Below, in pieces: positions 12,415-25,841 of a DNA stretch of 64,000 nucleotides; positions within the stretch are counted from its first letter, which is position 1, and each line of letters starts with the position of its first letter. The DNA is from Macrostomum lignano (lineage: Eukaryota), in assembly GCA_002269645.1 (NCBI GenBank), contig NIVC01002321.1, positions 120,193-184,192 on the forward strand. Reading direction: 5' to 3'. The translations under genes were made by a program, and so were the position numbers. The notes below the pieces were generated by a model. The model worked only from the letters and a program-made list of their open reading frames with translations, had not been told where the DNA came from and did not search any database.

Positions 12415-13875
12415 AGTGGGTCAAGCTAGCCTGTCTTGAAGTGGACCCAGCCAATCTTGAAGTGGGTCAAGCTAGCCTGTCTAAAAGTGGGTCAACCGAC
12501 CCTGTATAAAAGTGGGTCAACCGACCCTGTCTAAAAGTGGGTCAACCGACCCTGTATAAAAGTGGGTCAACCGACCCTGTCTAAAAGTGGGTCAACCGAC
12601 CCTGTATAAAAGTGGGTCAACCTACCCTGTCTTGAAGTGGGTCGACCGACCCTGTCTTGAAGTGGGTCAACCGACCCTGTCTTGAAGTGGGTCAACCGAC
12701 CCTGTCTAAAAGTGGGTCAACCTACCCGGTCTAAAGGTGGGTCAACCGACCCTGTCTAAAAGTGGGTCAACCGACCCTGTCTTGAAGTGGGTCAACCGAC
12801 CCTGTATAAAAGTGGGTCAACCTACCCGGTCTAAAGGTGGGTCAACCGACCTTGTCTAAAAGTGGGTCAACCTACCCTGTCTAAAAGTGGGTCAACCTAC
12901 CCTGTATAAAAGTGGGTCAACCGACCCTGTACAAAATGGGTCAACCGACCCTGTCTAAAAGTGGGTCAACCTACCCTGTCTAAAAGTGGGTCAACCGACC
13001 CTGTCTAAAAGTGGGTCAACCGACCCTGTCTTGAAGTGGGTCAACCGACCCTGTCTAAAAGTGGGTCAACCTACCCTGTATAAAAGTGGGTCAACCTACC
13101 CTGTCTAAAAGTGGGTCAACCGACCCTGTCTTGAAGTGGGTCAACCGACCCTGTCTAAAAGTGGGTCAACCTACCCTGTATAAAAGTGGGTCAACCGACC
13201 CTGTCTAAAAGTGGGTCAACCGACCCTGTCTAAAAGTAGGTCAACCGACCCTGTATAAAAGTGGGTCAACCTAACCTGTCTAAAAGTGGGTCAACCGACC
13301 CTGTCTAAAAGTGGGTCAACCGACCCTGTCTAAAAGTGGGTCAACCGACCCTGTATAAAAGTGGGTCAACCGACCCTGTCTAAAAGTGGGTCAACCGACC
13401 CTGTCTAAAAGTAGGTCAACCGACCCTGTATAAAAGTGGGTCAACCTACCCTGTATAAAAGTGGGTCAACCGACCCTGTCTAAAAGTGGGTCAACCGACC
13501 CTGTCTAAAAGTGGGTCAACCGACCCTGTATAAAAGTGGGTCAACCGACCCTGTCTAAAAGTAGGCCAACCGACCCTGTATAAAAGTGAGTCAACCTACC
13601 CTGTCTAAAAGTGAGTCAACCTACCCTGTCTAAAAGTGAGTCAACCGACCCTGTATAAAAGTGGGTCAACCTACCCTGTCTAAAAGTGGGTCAACCGACC
13701 CTGTCTAAAAGTGGGTCAACCGACCCTGTCTTGAAGTGGGTCAACCGACCCTGTCTAAAAGTGGGTCAACCGACCCTGTCTAAAAGTGGGTCAACCTACC
13801 CTGTCTAAAAGTGGGTCAACCTACCCTGTCTAAAAGTGGGTCAACCTACCCTGTCTAAAAGTGGGTCAACCTGTG
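12415..13875. repeat. 25-bp minisatellite (AAAAGTGGGTCAACCGACCCTGTCT)n
   Basis: Over 55 copies with recurring variant units. Confidence 0.95.
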
Positions 13876-14497
13876 TTTTTATTCCTTAACATTAAGTTAA
13901 AATTGGCTCCGAGCGAACTGAGTAAAAAATAAAACTTAGACTAAATTTAGGTTTTAGAACTAAAGACGGACAGGACAAGCAGTGCACAGAAGATCACAGA
14001 GTTTAGTGAACCATTTGAGAGCACAAGATGCTCCCAGTGACAAAGGCGCAAACGAATTTCGCCTTAACTAGTGCTTCACAATATCGCCTTTGATCCTTAC
14101 AAAACCCTTTTTCAGTTACTGCGCGACAAAATATAAGGCACCTGGGTTAGAGGAAGTTTCACTGACAAGAGAGGCGGATGAGGCAGTGACGACATGAATA
14201 AATAAGCGACCAACGATGCACGCAGTCAGGTGACTTGGATCGACTTTCACCCAGAGGTACACCTGCCCGCGTAGGGAATCCGACACCCTGAACAATGGCT
14301 GAACATCGACTTTGCGGATGTAGACTTAGGCCCGATTACCTGCATGCTCAAGCTGTGGAGCCTGTGTAACTGTTATGCATTGCTAGATCTGCTATGCAGT
14401 TTGGCAAGAAGTATTACTGCCATTATAATCTTATCTTAGCGCGGCACCTCGGCTCTCTTTGTCATTTTTACTCAGCAACTGCATTTGCTGTGATAAG

Positions 14498-14880
14498 CAT
14501 CTGTCACTATCCATCACAATCTGTCACTATCCAACACAATCTGACACTATCCATCACAATCTGTCACTTTCCATCACAATCTGTCACTATCCATCACAAT
14601 CTGTCACTATCCATCACAATCTGTCACTATCCATCACAATCTGTCACTATCCATCTCAATCTGTCACTATCCATCACAATCTGTCACTATCCATCTCAAT
14701 CTGTCACTATCCATCACAATCTGTCACTATCCATCACAATCTGTCACTATCCATCACAATCTGTCACTATCCATCTAAATCTGTCACTGTCTATCACAAT
14801 CTGTCACTATCCATCTAAATCTGTCACTATCCATCACTATCCATCACTATCCATCACTATCCATCACTATCATCACTATC
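14498..14880. repeat. 20-bp minisatellite (AATCTGTCACTATCCATCAC)n decaying into 10-bp units
   Basis: Tandem copies. Confidence 0.92.
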
Positions 14881-16434
14881 ACTCTCCAGCACCTCATCCA
14901 AAAGACTCCCTTCAAGCATCCATTGAGTCAGTCTCGGCGTTCTACCCAGCTTCCAACCGCTGCAAAAAATGCATATTAATGCTTTCTATCAATTTGCATA
15001 TAGTATTATACTTAGTATATTGTGATTTGCTAGCTAACCAAAAAACAATTCATAATTAATTGTTTTTCAGGCCAAACATAGCTCATCTCAGCTTGACTCT
15101 CTCTCCCACAGCCTCCTCATTCCTCATCCTCATTCGTCACTTCTGTGTTCAAAAAGTTGCACATTGCTATGAATATACTGCTATGCAGGCGATATTGATT
15201 AGCTGGCTGTCTCCAGTCGAGCATTACAATACATACAGATCGACACGAATCAGAAGTCCAAGGTTGGCGGCGATAGAGTGATGACCTGATTCTGCATAAT
15301 ACAATTAACCGTGCCGAACTAGCCCAATATAATTTGCTGAATCTTCTCTGCTCCCCCTCAGGGACTGAGAATCTCTAACGCCTCGATGCTTTCTCGTGCT
15401 TTTTGGCATTATTTTGCCCCAGAGAGGGTAGGAAAGAATGCATTGCGTTTAGCTGTGAAATTCGCGGCTCTAATTTTGATGTTTTGGCACTGATCGTCTC
15501 TTGTTTCTCGTTCAATTTCACTATCTCTCTCCGTTTTAGACCTGCCTGTCCTCTGTTGCTCGACTCTGATTGGCTGCGGGTGTGCGTGCCCGACAACCAC
15601 CCCACGCGCCGCGTTCTTATCTATTGATATCTGTGTACATACTATGGGGCAGAGGGTTAGAGCTGACATTGTGAAGTAAACCTTTGCTATTGAACTGTAT
15701 TGATATGGATTGCTGTGGCTTAACGTGGATTGATATGAACTAACTAATGTGGATTTTCTGTGTTAATATAAATTGACTGTTATTCATTTCGGTTGATGTG
15801 TATTGATGTGGATTGATACAAATTAATGTGAAGTCATATGTTTGAGTTTGATTGGATTTGGGCTGATATTGGATATGGGATATGGCTAGGCGTGGATTGA
15901 TGCAGATCGACCTACCTGACTCAATTTCGCATCAATTTACAAGATGCGGACATCTCAATACTCTGCAGACAGGCTCTCATTTAGATGTGTTTAATCGCAA
16001 TGGCGCTGTCGAAGCAGATGCTAAACTGCCTTGATTTCCTGGGATAAATTTCCCTACTTTTCACCAACTCTCCCCCCATCCTAATCTGGGCGGGCTTTCC
16101 AAAGGAAGATCACGTCAGCCAGAATTGCCGACAATCATTTGAGAACAGTGAGTCTGAAAGCAACTCGTCCATGAAAGACACGAAACCTCTCTTCTCAAGG
16201 ATGAAAGAGGGGAATTGAAAGATTTCTTTTGTTTGCAAAGGATGGCACGCAGTTTAAAGGCCTGGTCTGTTTCTGGGAGAACTGCCGGATATAACCACGA
16301 TAGCTTTCTGGTACGAATGCTTGTACACTACCATCCCGTATGGGCTCTTGTTTGTCTTCTGTCGCTTGTGTTTGATCTGTCTGTGAGATCGCCCACGTCT
16401 CTTTAGTATGCATCAGCTGTCCGCTTTTCCTGCA

Positions 16435-17030
16435 CTCTCCTCTCCCTCTCTCCCTCTCTCCCCCTCTCCCTCTTTCCCTCTCTCTCCCTCTCTCCCCTCT
16501 CTCTCCCTCTATCCCCTCTCCCTCTCTCTCCCTCTCTTTCCCTCTCTCTCCCCATCTCCCTCTCTTTCCCTCTCTCTCCCTCTCTCTCCCTCTCTCTCCC
16601 TCTCTCCCTCTCTTTCCCTCTCTCTCCCTCTCCCTCTCTTTCCCTCTCTCTCCCCTTCTCCCTCTCTTTCCCTCTCTCTCCCTCTCTCCGTCTCCCTCTC
16701 TCTCCCTCTCTCTCCCTCTCTCCCTCTCTTTCCCTCTCTCTCCCTCTCCCTCTCTTTCCCTCTCTCTCCCCTTCTCCCTCTCTTTCCCTCTCTCTCCCTC
16801 TCTCCCTCTCCTCTCTCTCCCTCTCTCTCCCTCTCTCTCCCTCTCCCTCTCTTTCCCTGTCTCTCCCTCTCTCCCTCTCCCTCTCTTTCCCTCTCTCACC
16901 CTCTCTCTCTCCCTCTCTCTCTCCCTCTCCCTCTCTCTCCCTCTCTCTCCCCTCTCCCTCTCTTTCCCTCTCTCTCTCCCTCCCTCTACCTCTCTCTCCC
17001 TCCCTCTCCCTCTCTCTCCCTCTCTGTCCC
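16435..17030. repeat. CT-rich low-complexity tract
   Basis: Almost only C and T. Confidence 0.93.
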
Positions 17031-17687
17031 TTAAAGGATAAACTTTGAACTTTTCAATGTGTACAGGGTACATTAATCGCCTTATAATTAGTAGTGTAAA
17101 ATTTATTGCCTGACTATCTTGACTGGGCGGGCAGCTGTGCAGGTGAGCAGGTGAGAAGTGCCTGGTTGCCGATAGAAGGCATCCACCGCACGGGAGGAGC
17201 TCGGGGCTGCTGGGGGGGGGCTTTTAGAACGGCAAACAGACGGGCCATGCAGGGTGTTAGCTGTGAGTCTGCAAAAATCAATATTTGGCAGTTAGCAACA
17301 CAGTTTCCTTCCGCAGTGCAGATGCAGCACTGCCCAGGCCTAGGTCAATAATATGGGTGTTACTTTTTCTATAGTTCCGAAAACTTTTATTAAGACTGCC
17401 AATTTTTTTCGGATTTAACCTACGAGTATAAATTCACTCTGAAAGATTCTTACTCATAAATGTGATTTAACTGGGGAATTAAAAGCTTTCGAGTTGAATA
17501 CTGATTCGAATTTTCCCTAAATTCTTTAGACGCGGTCTGAATGCTTAAGCTCGGAATTTTTTTAATTGGGATTTCTCAGCGGATTGCTCATCTACTGAAT
17601 CAGGTCCTTTTAGAGCCGGCCGATCATCTAATCTACTCAATCAGGTCCTCTCAGAGCTCTGTCTGTTTGAAGGCTACTTCCCACCTA

Positions 17688-17902
17688 TAGATTATCACCT
17701 ATATAGATCCTCACCTATAGATCCTCACTGATAGATTCTCACCTATATAGATTCTCACCTAGATAGATTCTCACCTACATAGAGTCTCACACCGAGATTC
17801 TCACCTAGAAAGATTCTCACCTATATAGATTCACACCTATAGATCCTCACGAATATGTTCTCATCTCTAGATTCCCACCTAGAAAGATTCTCATCTTTAG
17901 AT
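17688..17902. repeat. Degenerate (GATTCTCACCTATA)-type repeat near the exon 1 donor
   Basis: Recurring TCTCACCTA/TAGAT units of variable length. Confidence 0.75.
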
Positions 17903-17944
17903 TGTGACAGCAGTCTCCTCTTCAACACTTCATCAGAGTCTCAC

Positions 17945-18484
17945 CTTGAACAGCCGCAGAATGTTTGCAATCATGATGCTAACAGAGGAGTCCGCAGCCC
18001 CAATAACCCCGGCAACCGCCTGTCGGCCTTTACGTCTGGCGGCCGCTGCAGTTCCCACGGGACTGTCGGCGCATCTGTAGTCAAATGCAGAGTCCAACGT
18101 ACTCAAATGATCGGTGACAAAGTCCATACTCTGCTCCAGAGCGAATGTATCTCGCGAACACGTATCTAGCAGTTTAGCGCCTAGCCGAATGTCCGGCAGG
18201 ATGCTCTTGTCGGCGTTAATCTTGTTCAGAGCGTACACCATGGCTTCAAGGCGTTGAATGCCGCGGTTCTCGCCGATCTGGCCGCACTGGCTGACGTCGC
18301 TGGTCTGGCCCTTCTCGTGAATGGGGAACAGGCCGCCCAGGATGATGTCACCTGGTAGGGTCAGCTTAGTTTGGCCGTTCAACAGTCCGAGACCGATGCT
18401 GGCCGGCCTGACTCGGCTGGCGCTGCAGCAGCAGCAGCAGAAAAAGACCAGAGCAGCCCAGCTGAAGCAGGATGCGGAGCTCAT
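17945..18484 (-). CDS. Metabotropic glutamate receptor (class C GPCR), coding exon 1: signal peptide and start of Venus flytrap domain
   Basis: ATG at 18484; hydrophobic signal MSSASCFSWAALVFFC; motifs GDIILGGLFPIH, GIQRLEAM, LDTCSRD, GAADSSVSI; donor AAG|GTGAGA at 17945/17944. Confidence 0.95.
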
Positions 18485-18821
18485 CTCCAGTTTTTTAGGT
18501 TTCGAGAGCAGATTTTTTTACTTTGTTCTGAGCTGTCCTCAAATTTAATGGGAAATAAAAACAGCTCGCTTTACTCTCGCTGAGTTCTCTAGACTCCGCG
18601 AAAGTACAAATCTATTGGTTCAGAAGCGGACCAATTACATTCGGGGGAAACTGCGGCTTCATCTGTGACCCTTGAGCCCTAGGAATTATTGAACTACTAA
18701 CTTGTGCTCAAACTATATTATCAAATTGAAATCCTGCATGATGTGGATATCAACGCCATAACTATGACTCCACGAGTACTCGAGTTTTTTAGATTGTTAA
18801 GAGGTTGTCAGAGGTTCTAGC

Positions 18822-19210
18822 ACCAATGTCAGAGAGGATGTCCATTGGTTCTACCTGAGTAAGCACTAATGTCAGAGAGGATGTCAGTTGGGTCTACCTG
18901 AGTAAGCACCAATGTCAGAGAGGATGTCAGTTGGGTCTACCTGAGTAAGCACTAATGTCAGAGAGGATGTCAATTGGGTCTACCTGAGTAAGCACCAATG
19001 TCCCAGAGAGGATGTCAGTTGGGTCTACCTGAGTAAGCACCAATGTCAGAGAGGATGTCAGTTGGCTCTACCTGAGTAAGCATCAATGTCAGAGAGGATG
19101 TCAGTTGGGTCTACCTGAGTAAGCACCAATGTCAGAGAGGATGTCAGATGGGTCTACCTGAGTAAGCACCAATGTCAGAGAGGATGTCCATTGGTTCTAC
19201 CTGAGTAGCA
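18822..19210. repeat. 43-bp minisatellite (CTACCTGAGTAAGCACCAATGTCAGAGAGGATGTCAGTTGGGT)n
   Basis: About 9 copies. Confidence 0.92.
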
Positions 19211-19967
19211 CTCAAAGTATTAAAAAATTCATTTGAAACATTAAAGTTTTGTCGTGTTTGCTAACGAAGCATCAGAGGGCGTCTTAAAAATATGAATTGG
19301 GATTCAGACTCAGGTATTCCAAGCTAATTGAAACTGTCCAAAGAAGATTCAAATTCCAAGAGCTGATTTTCACAGTTTCTTCAGCAGCAGAAGCAGTCGG
19401 AAACAACTGAGTTCGTGGCTAAGTGTTGTTGCATTCCTTCTCTTTACATTTCATCGATTGATGCTGAAATTTTAATTGCTTCTTTTCTCCACGCCCTCTC
19501 CTAATATACTTTCAGCCACTTACTTTGCAAAGAAACACTAGAGACCTTTCTTGTGCCTCTCCAACGCAATTAAAACTAATGCATCTTAGGGCTCACAAAG
19601 CTGCAGTCCCCTTTATAGCAGCTGTCCTTTGATCTAACCACTGAAGATTCTTCAGTTGGCGCAAACGATTTGATCTAAACTCGACTGGCTCTGCTCTGTC
19701 TTGTTCGTACTGACTTCGAGAGTTCACGAACGAAAGCCTCCCGCCCGCCTAGACAAGGAGCTAATCTAAACTAGAAAAGAGAATTTGAAAGCGTCTTGAT
19801 GAAGCGACCGTATACTACACATATGAGAGCAAGAAGAGTGCTACTGTTATAGCAGAGCAGAGCCTTCGTGTGTCCACAGTTGAATTCAATCAGCTTTAGT
19901 CGAAATCAAAATGGTACTTGCACACGTATATGCTACTTGTAGATCACTGAGACTACCATAGTCTAGG

Positions 19968-20060
19968 TAGTGGTCTAGTCTAGTCTGGTCTAGTCTGAGT
20001 CTAGTCTGGTCTAGTCTGAGTCTAGTCTGGTCTAGTCTGAGTCTAGTCTGGTCTAGTCTC
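19968..20060. repeat. (TCTAGTCTGGTCTAGTCTGAG)n short repeat
   Basis: About 4 copies. Confidence 0.8.
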
Positions 20061-20095
20061 ATTTATGGGCGTAGACATCTCATCTATTGGGGCTT

Positions 20096-20537
20096 TAAGG
20101 GCTTTAGCACCTTATAGCACCAGGGGCTTTAGGACCAGGGGCTTTAGCACCAGGGGCTTTAGCACCAGGGGCTTTAGCACCAGGGGCTTTAGCACCAGGG
20201 GCTTTAGCACCAGGGGCTTTAGCACCAGGGGCTTTAGCACCAGGGGCTTTAGCACCAGGGGCGCCAGCACCAGGGGCGCCAGCACCAGGGGCGCCAGCAC
20301 CAGGGGCGCCAGCACCAGGGGCGCCAGCACCAGGGGCGCCAGCACCAGGGGCGCCAGCACCAGGGGCGCCAGCACCAGGGGCGCCAGCACCAGGGGCGCC
20401 AGCACCAGGGGCGCCAGCACCAGGGGCGCCAGCACCAGGGGCGCCAGCACCAGGGGCGCCAGCACCAGGGGCGCCAGCACCAGGGGCGCCAGCACCAGGG
20501 GCGCCAGCACCAGGGGCGCCAGCACCAGGGGCGCCAG
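20096..20537. repeat. 15-bp minisatellite with two homogeneous zones: (TTTAGCACCAGGGGC)n then (GCCAGCACCAGGGGC)n
   Basis: Read directly. Confidence 0.95.
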
Positions 20538-21094
20538 TTGATTAGAGACTCAACACCTACAGTATCTAGTACATAGTACATCACATGCCTTGTGAGGGGC
20601 CTCAAGGCCCGCTCACACAGCCATCAATCAAGTAGGGGTGAATTTATGGTTGCATGGTCAGACTTGCGCTTCACTTTTCGTCTCTTTGTAACACAAGTCG
20701 AATATTTCGATTCTGTCAATTGCCGGCGGAAGGAAGAAGCCATTGAACGCGGCAGTCAGGTGAAATGTTAGCAAATTGTTTATAAGCAGTGAAAGCACAT
20801 GATGAGCAGTTGTCAGTTTGCGATTTTCTTACTTTGTAATCGTCGAACTGTGAATTTGAGCGAATATCCAGTTTTAAATTAGAATTGCGGAACTATGGAC
20901 TTACAACACATTTATTCGTATTTACCAAAGCCTGTCATTTTTCCCTGATATGGTGCATAACGGCTGCGAAACCGGAGATCCCAGCACGTTTGCAGTCTCC
21001 GTATCGGCGACCCAAAACTGGCCAGAGCCCCGGAGTTTCTAAACCTAGTTTCTACACCGGCGCGGTGATACAATGCCGCGTTGGTCACTCGATA

Positions 21095-23975
21095 CATGTA
21101 CGCTCGTAGTAGCTGATCTTGAAAGCCACGCGCAGCCGTCAGCGTCGAGGTATCGCGGCGCTGTACAACAGGGCGGTCTCGACCACCGCTTGGAACAACG
21201 TCGCCTTCTGGCGGTCAGGTAGGACCTCGGACTGCAGGACTGCCCTCACAGAAACGGAAGGCAGCCCAGGCAAGTTCGGCGGGCGACGCCGGGAACCAGT
21301 CCGCCGAGGTAGACGAACTGCTGACAACGCGGAAGCTCCGTCGCCCGTCCATCAGCACCTCGGCACAAAATCGCAGCCTCGATGTCGTCCAGCATGCAGA
21401 GCACGACGGTCTTCTGCGTGTTGACCACCAGGCCGACACTCGCCGCAACAGAAACTAGCTTGTCTAGTTGTCGCTGGGCGCCCTCGACAGTTGAGGACAG
21501 CAGGGCGAGATCGTCGGCGTAGCCAAGCACGCAGAGCCGCCTCTTCGGTTGACGTCGAACCACGCATCACTACGCAATAAGTCCGATAGGCCGTCCGGTG
21601 CTGAAACAGCAGCTTTTGTATCGCAGTACATTGCTATCATGCGCAGAAGTCAGCTGCTCTGGCACGTTGTACGCACGGAGCACCTTTGGGAGCACAGACT
21701 TGACGACCGAGTCGAATGTCTTCTTGGAATCTATGAAGATGACAATCAGGATCCACTGGCGTGTCCGTGCTTCCTCGATGACTCACCGAAGAGCCAGGAT
21801 CTGCGTCACTGTGCCGCGATGGGGCCGGAAGCCGTTCTGCTCAGGACGCAGGTACGGATCCAGCACGGGCTGCAACCGCGATAGCAGCATCCAGTTGAAC
21901 AGCTTCGCAGCGCAGGACTGAAGGCAGATGCCTCGATGCTCCTCAAGCCTTGTGGTGCCCGGCTTCTTAGGAACTGCGACGATGTGCGCCGTGGTCCATT
22001 CGTTGGGTGCCGCCTCACCGAAGAGCACGCGATTCATCACTCTGGCGACGACCTCGCTGGCCACACAGTGGATGCGCAGCGCCTCGATGGGCACCTCGTC
22101 CGGACCCAGCGCTTTCCCGCCCGGTGACTGCTGGGCGAGCTTCGCTGCGTCGCGGCTGTGCTGACTGGTGCTAGGCTGAAGCTCTCCTCTGCCGGCAACG
22201 GCATTTCCGGCGGCAGCGTCAGACTGTCTGGCGGCGGGGGGTGGCGGCGCGTTGACAATGACGGCGAAGAACGTCCGCAGAGTCGCCTGCCAGCTTAGCG
22301 GAATGCGCTGCTTTCGCCCCGTCAGAGCGTTGATAGCCGACCAGGCCACGCAGCCTCTAGCATCGGGCCCAGCGGCAGAGACGGCCCGAATGGCGTCATC
22401 AACAGCAGCCTGCTGGCGCTGCAGACAGACAGCCGCCAAGGCCTCCTCTGCCTCGCGGGTTGGTCGCCTGCTCAAACGGAGTCTCTCCAAGCTCTTCCCT
22501 CGCTTGCCGAATCGCGGGGTCGTCTTGCCATCCCGGCTGCTCCCGCTGGGCCGGTCGCATCAGCGGGACTGCTTGTTCCGCGGCGGCTCGAACTGCAGCG
22601 CACACCTCCGCGTACTCGGCACCTCCACGCTTGCCATGTCCTGCCTCTCTAGGAAGCCCTCCAGCGCTCCGGTGTTGCCGTTCTCACGCGGTGTGACGAA
22701 TAGTGACCACACAGACCTACGCAAAACCGCGTTCAGGTCTCCGAGGATGATCACTGTGTCACGCTGCGCTGTTGCCTCCACCTGTAACGAGAGCTGCTCG
22801 AAGAAGTCTTGAGCCTTGTCAGGTCGGGTGGGCACGCGAAGGTGTATTCAGCACGCCAGTGAAGTATGAGACAGACCAAGCCTATGGGCTAAGGTCTGCG
22901 ATGCTTTACGCCTGCCCCTATCTTCAGCAGGTTCTGGTGGGAGGTCTGCACCCCCTATTTGCCGCTGGAATCCGCAGACCCCCCACGCTGTCTCGCAAGT
23001 CGACCCAGGGGTACCCGTCCCCGCGTGTGTTCAAGGCAGGCCCTAGGGCTGCTGGACCGACTGGGCTCCGATGCCGGCAACCCATCCAGTGGCTTCGGCC
23101 GAAATTGGGTATGCGGGTCTGGCTTGCCAGCCTGCAGGCCGTGGTACTGCTCAAAGTACCCTCTAATGCCTAAGGTGTTTGACCGTGCCGATGGGCTGGA
23201 AGGCCAGGGGTCGCTAGCGGTACTTTTTCTTTTTCTTCTTTTCTCCTTCTTTTGTGACTCAGCTCACTCCTTCCCGCTTTCAGCTATGGTGTCCTCCGCC
23301 TCTTCTCACGGCTCATCCAGTTCCTTCGGGCGACAAGACGAGCCACTTTCTTCACCACGGAAGATCACGCTGCCGGACGGACCGGCGGATCACCCTGACC
23401 GGCCCCACGCCTCTGCCTGTCTGCGGGCCTTCAGGGACTAGCGGAATGGGCGACCCTCGCCTCCCCGCTGTGTCTTACGGACCACTCTGGAGCTAAGTCA
23501 AGTAAGTCAGGTCGGGTGGCAGGAGGCGCGTACGCGTAGAACAGGCGAGCGTTCCGGCCGCGAAGCCGGATGTCGAACCCGGAGCAGCCGAGGGGACAGA
23601 GAGATGCAGCGACAGCTCTGCTGGTCCTCGGCCTCGCTGGTCCGCCGATGTGTAGTAGAGGGTCCATCCGGCGCCCAGATCTTCACAGTGAAGCCCCGGG
23701 TCAGCCTTGATAGACAGACACCTCCATCAGTGCGATGACGTCACGACTTAGGTCGAGCGCTTTGCCAGAGCCCCTCTCCGCCAGGCGGCCTTGATCGTGC
23801 GGCAGGGCGGCAGTTCAGCGTCCCGAACCGAAGCGTGCTGGGGCTCGATGTAGATGAGCCTCTCGGTCCCTGGCGCCACCCAGAAGATCCGTAGGGGCCA
23901 GCGCAGCAGCAGCTTCGCGGGCAGCACCGCTGCTCCCCGTCCTGACCACGTGGAGGTCGTGGCATTTGCTTGCAC
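21095..23975 (-). mobile_element. Decayed RTE-like non-LTR retrotransposon (APE + RT) with frameshifts, deletions and a 3' truncation
   Basis: Fragments: FGTLNC (APE start), VIILGDLNA, GPDEVPIEAL, LRPEQNGFRPHRGT, LGYADDLALL, QFVYLGGLV, KATLFQAVVETALLY. Confidence 0.88.
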
Positions 23976-24890
23976 CGGGGTGCAAATATATTAAGACAGA
24001 ATTAAGTCAAATAAATTACAAATATTTAATAAACTGTTTTAAAACGCATTTCTATAACTGCTAAGCGTCATCCATTTTAAATGAATGCTGTTCTAGTGCT
24101 CAGCTTGAACTGGTATTTTTATAAACTTCATATTGTTTGGTTGTCAAGCCCAAAAGTACATTCTGCTCGTAGTACGAGGTCGCAATTTTGGATATGTAAT
24201 GCGACTTCAGATATATTATTTATTACTGCGCCTCTCGTGCCCTAGGAATGAAACTCGAAAGACTTATTACTCAAATAACTTTAAGAAAGTTTGTTTTTGG
24301 CGACACAAAAAATTAATTCGTTAATATTTGAAGCTGTTAAAAAACTTATCGAGTCAATTGCGCTTTCACCTAGCTGCGTAAAAATTCCTGCTTTAAAAGT
24401 ATCATTTCGATACATATCGGGAAATTAAATTTAAGCAGAGTTCCTTGACTAAGGGGATTCTTGGAACAGTACGTAAATTCAAATATTTTGTAATTTTCCT
24501 TTCCACAGACGGCGCAGAGTAATATCAAGCTCATTCACGCATGTTTTGCGTGCTCAAGTTCTGTCAAAGCTAATTACTGCAATTAGCAATTATACAATTA
24601 GAGCTGCATGTCAGCAGGTGCGTGAAGCCGTCTTTATAGTGCAACATTTTATAGCCCTTAATGTGTTGTTTATCACGCGTCTGGAACGTGATTTCTAGCT
24701 AATTAGCTTGTAGCTAATTTGCTTCTAATTGATTTAATTGAAGTGCCAGTAATGAAACCGCAAAGCCACTTCATCCAGTTTCGACTGCTTTTTTCAATTG
24801 CTTAAATGGCTATTTTAAACTTAACTGATTGACTATGTAATTCTGACTTTGCAAACTCCAATTATGTAGTTTATGAAGAGCTTGCAACCA

Positions 24891-24999
24891 TTAGCACCAG
24901 GGGCTTTAGCACCAGGGGCTTTAGCACCAGGGGCTTTAGCACCAGGGGCTTTAGCACCAGGGGCGCCAGCACCAGGGTCTTTAGCACCAGGTACTTTAG
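24891..24999. repeat. Second short array of the same 15-bp AGCACCAGGGGC unit
   Basis: Same unit and same strand as 20096-20537, including both variants. Confidence 0.9.
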
Positions 25000-25841
25000 C
25001 CTTCAAAGTTGCACCCCTTTGATGCAGTGCGTTGAATTAAAATTGAATTGCAACACATACATGTAAGACTAATATCACTCATTATATAACCGCAGTGGGT
25101 TTTAAATATATTTTAATCGAATGAAAGGCATGAATGAAATTGGCTGAAAATTATACTAGTAAAACGAATAATATTATTATAATCAACCAGTATAGCACAC
25201 GGGTAAGTATCGTATGGTTGCATTGGCCGGTGCGTTCACACAAAAATTGTGTAGAGAACAGCGCCTGAATGGAGAAATACGTTGCATATTATGCGAACGT
25301 AAATACGATAGTAACGAAACTACAAATATAATTATGTTGGTTAATAAGATGAGCAGTTACAATACATACTCGCATATATATAATCGGTCGTTTCTATATG
25401 TCCGCAATCGTAAAAGCAAGAACTTATGGAGAATCATCGCATAGAACAGTGCTCTGGAACAAACTTAATAAATATTACATGTATATATTTGTTGTTTATT
25501 GTCAGTTGCTATGTCGTTACTATATGCTGTTGCTACTATGTTTCTACACTGTTGCTACCCTGTTTCTACGCAATTGCTACCCTGTTGACTATGCCGTTGC
25601 TACCCTGTTGACTATGCCGTTGCTACCCTGTTTCTACGCAGTTGCTACCCTATTTCTACGCAGTTGCTACCCTGTTGCTGCTTATGCAGTTTGCTGCCCT
25701 GTTACTATGCCATTGCTACCCTGTCACTAAACAATTGCTATACCACCGCGCAGGTGCTATGCTATTAAAAGGTGGTTGCTAAATGGTTACTACGCAATGT
25801 GCTCTACTGTTGTCATGCGGTTGCTACGCTGTAGATACTAG

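Noticed and set aside
12415-13875. CRISPR-like appearance of palindromic 25-bp and 28-bp repeats
   Set aside because: The units are contiguous with no unique spacers, there are no cas genes, and the context is a eukaryotic intron.
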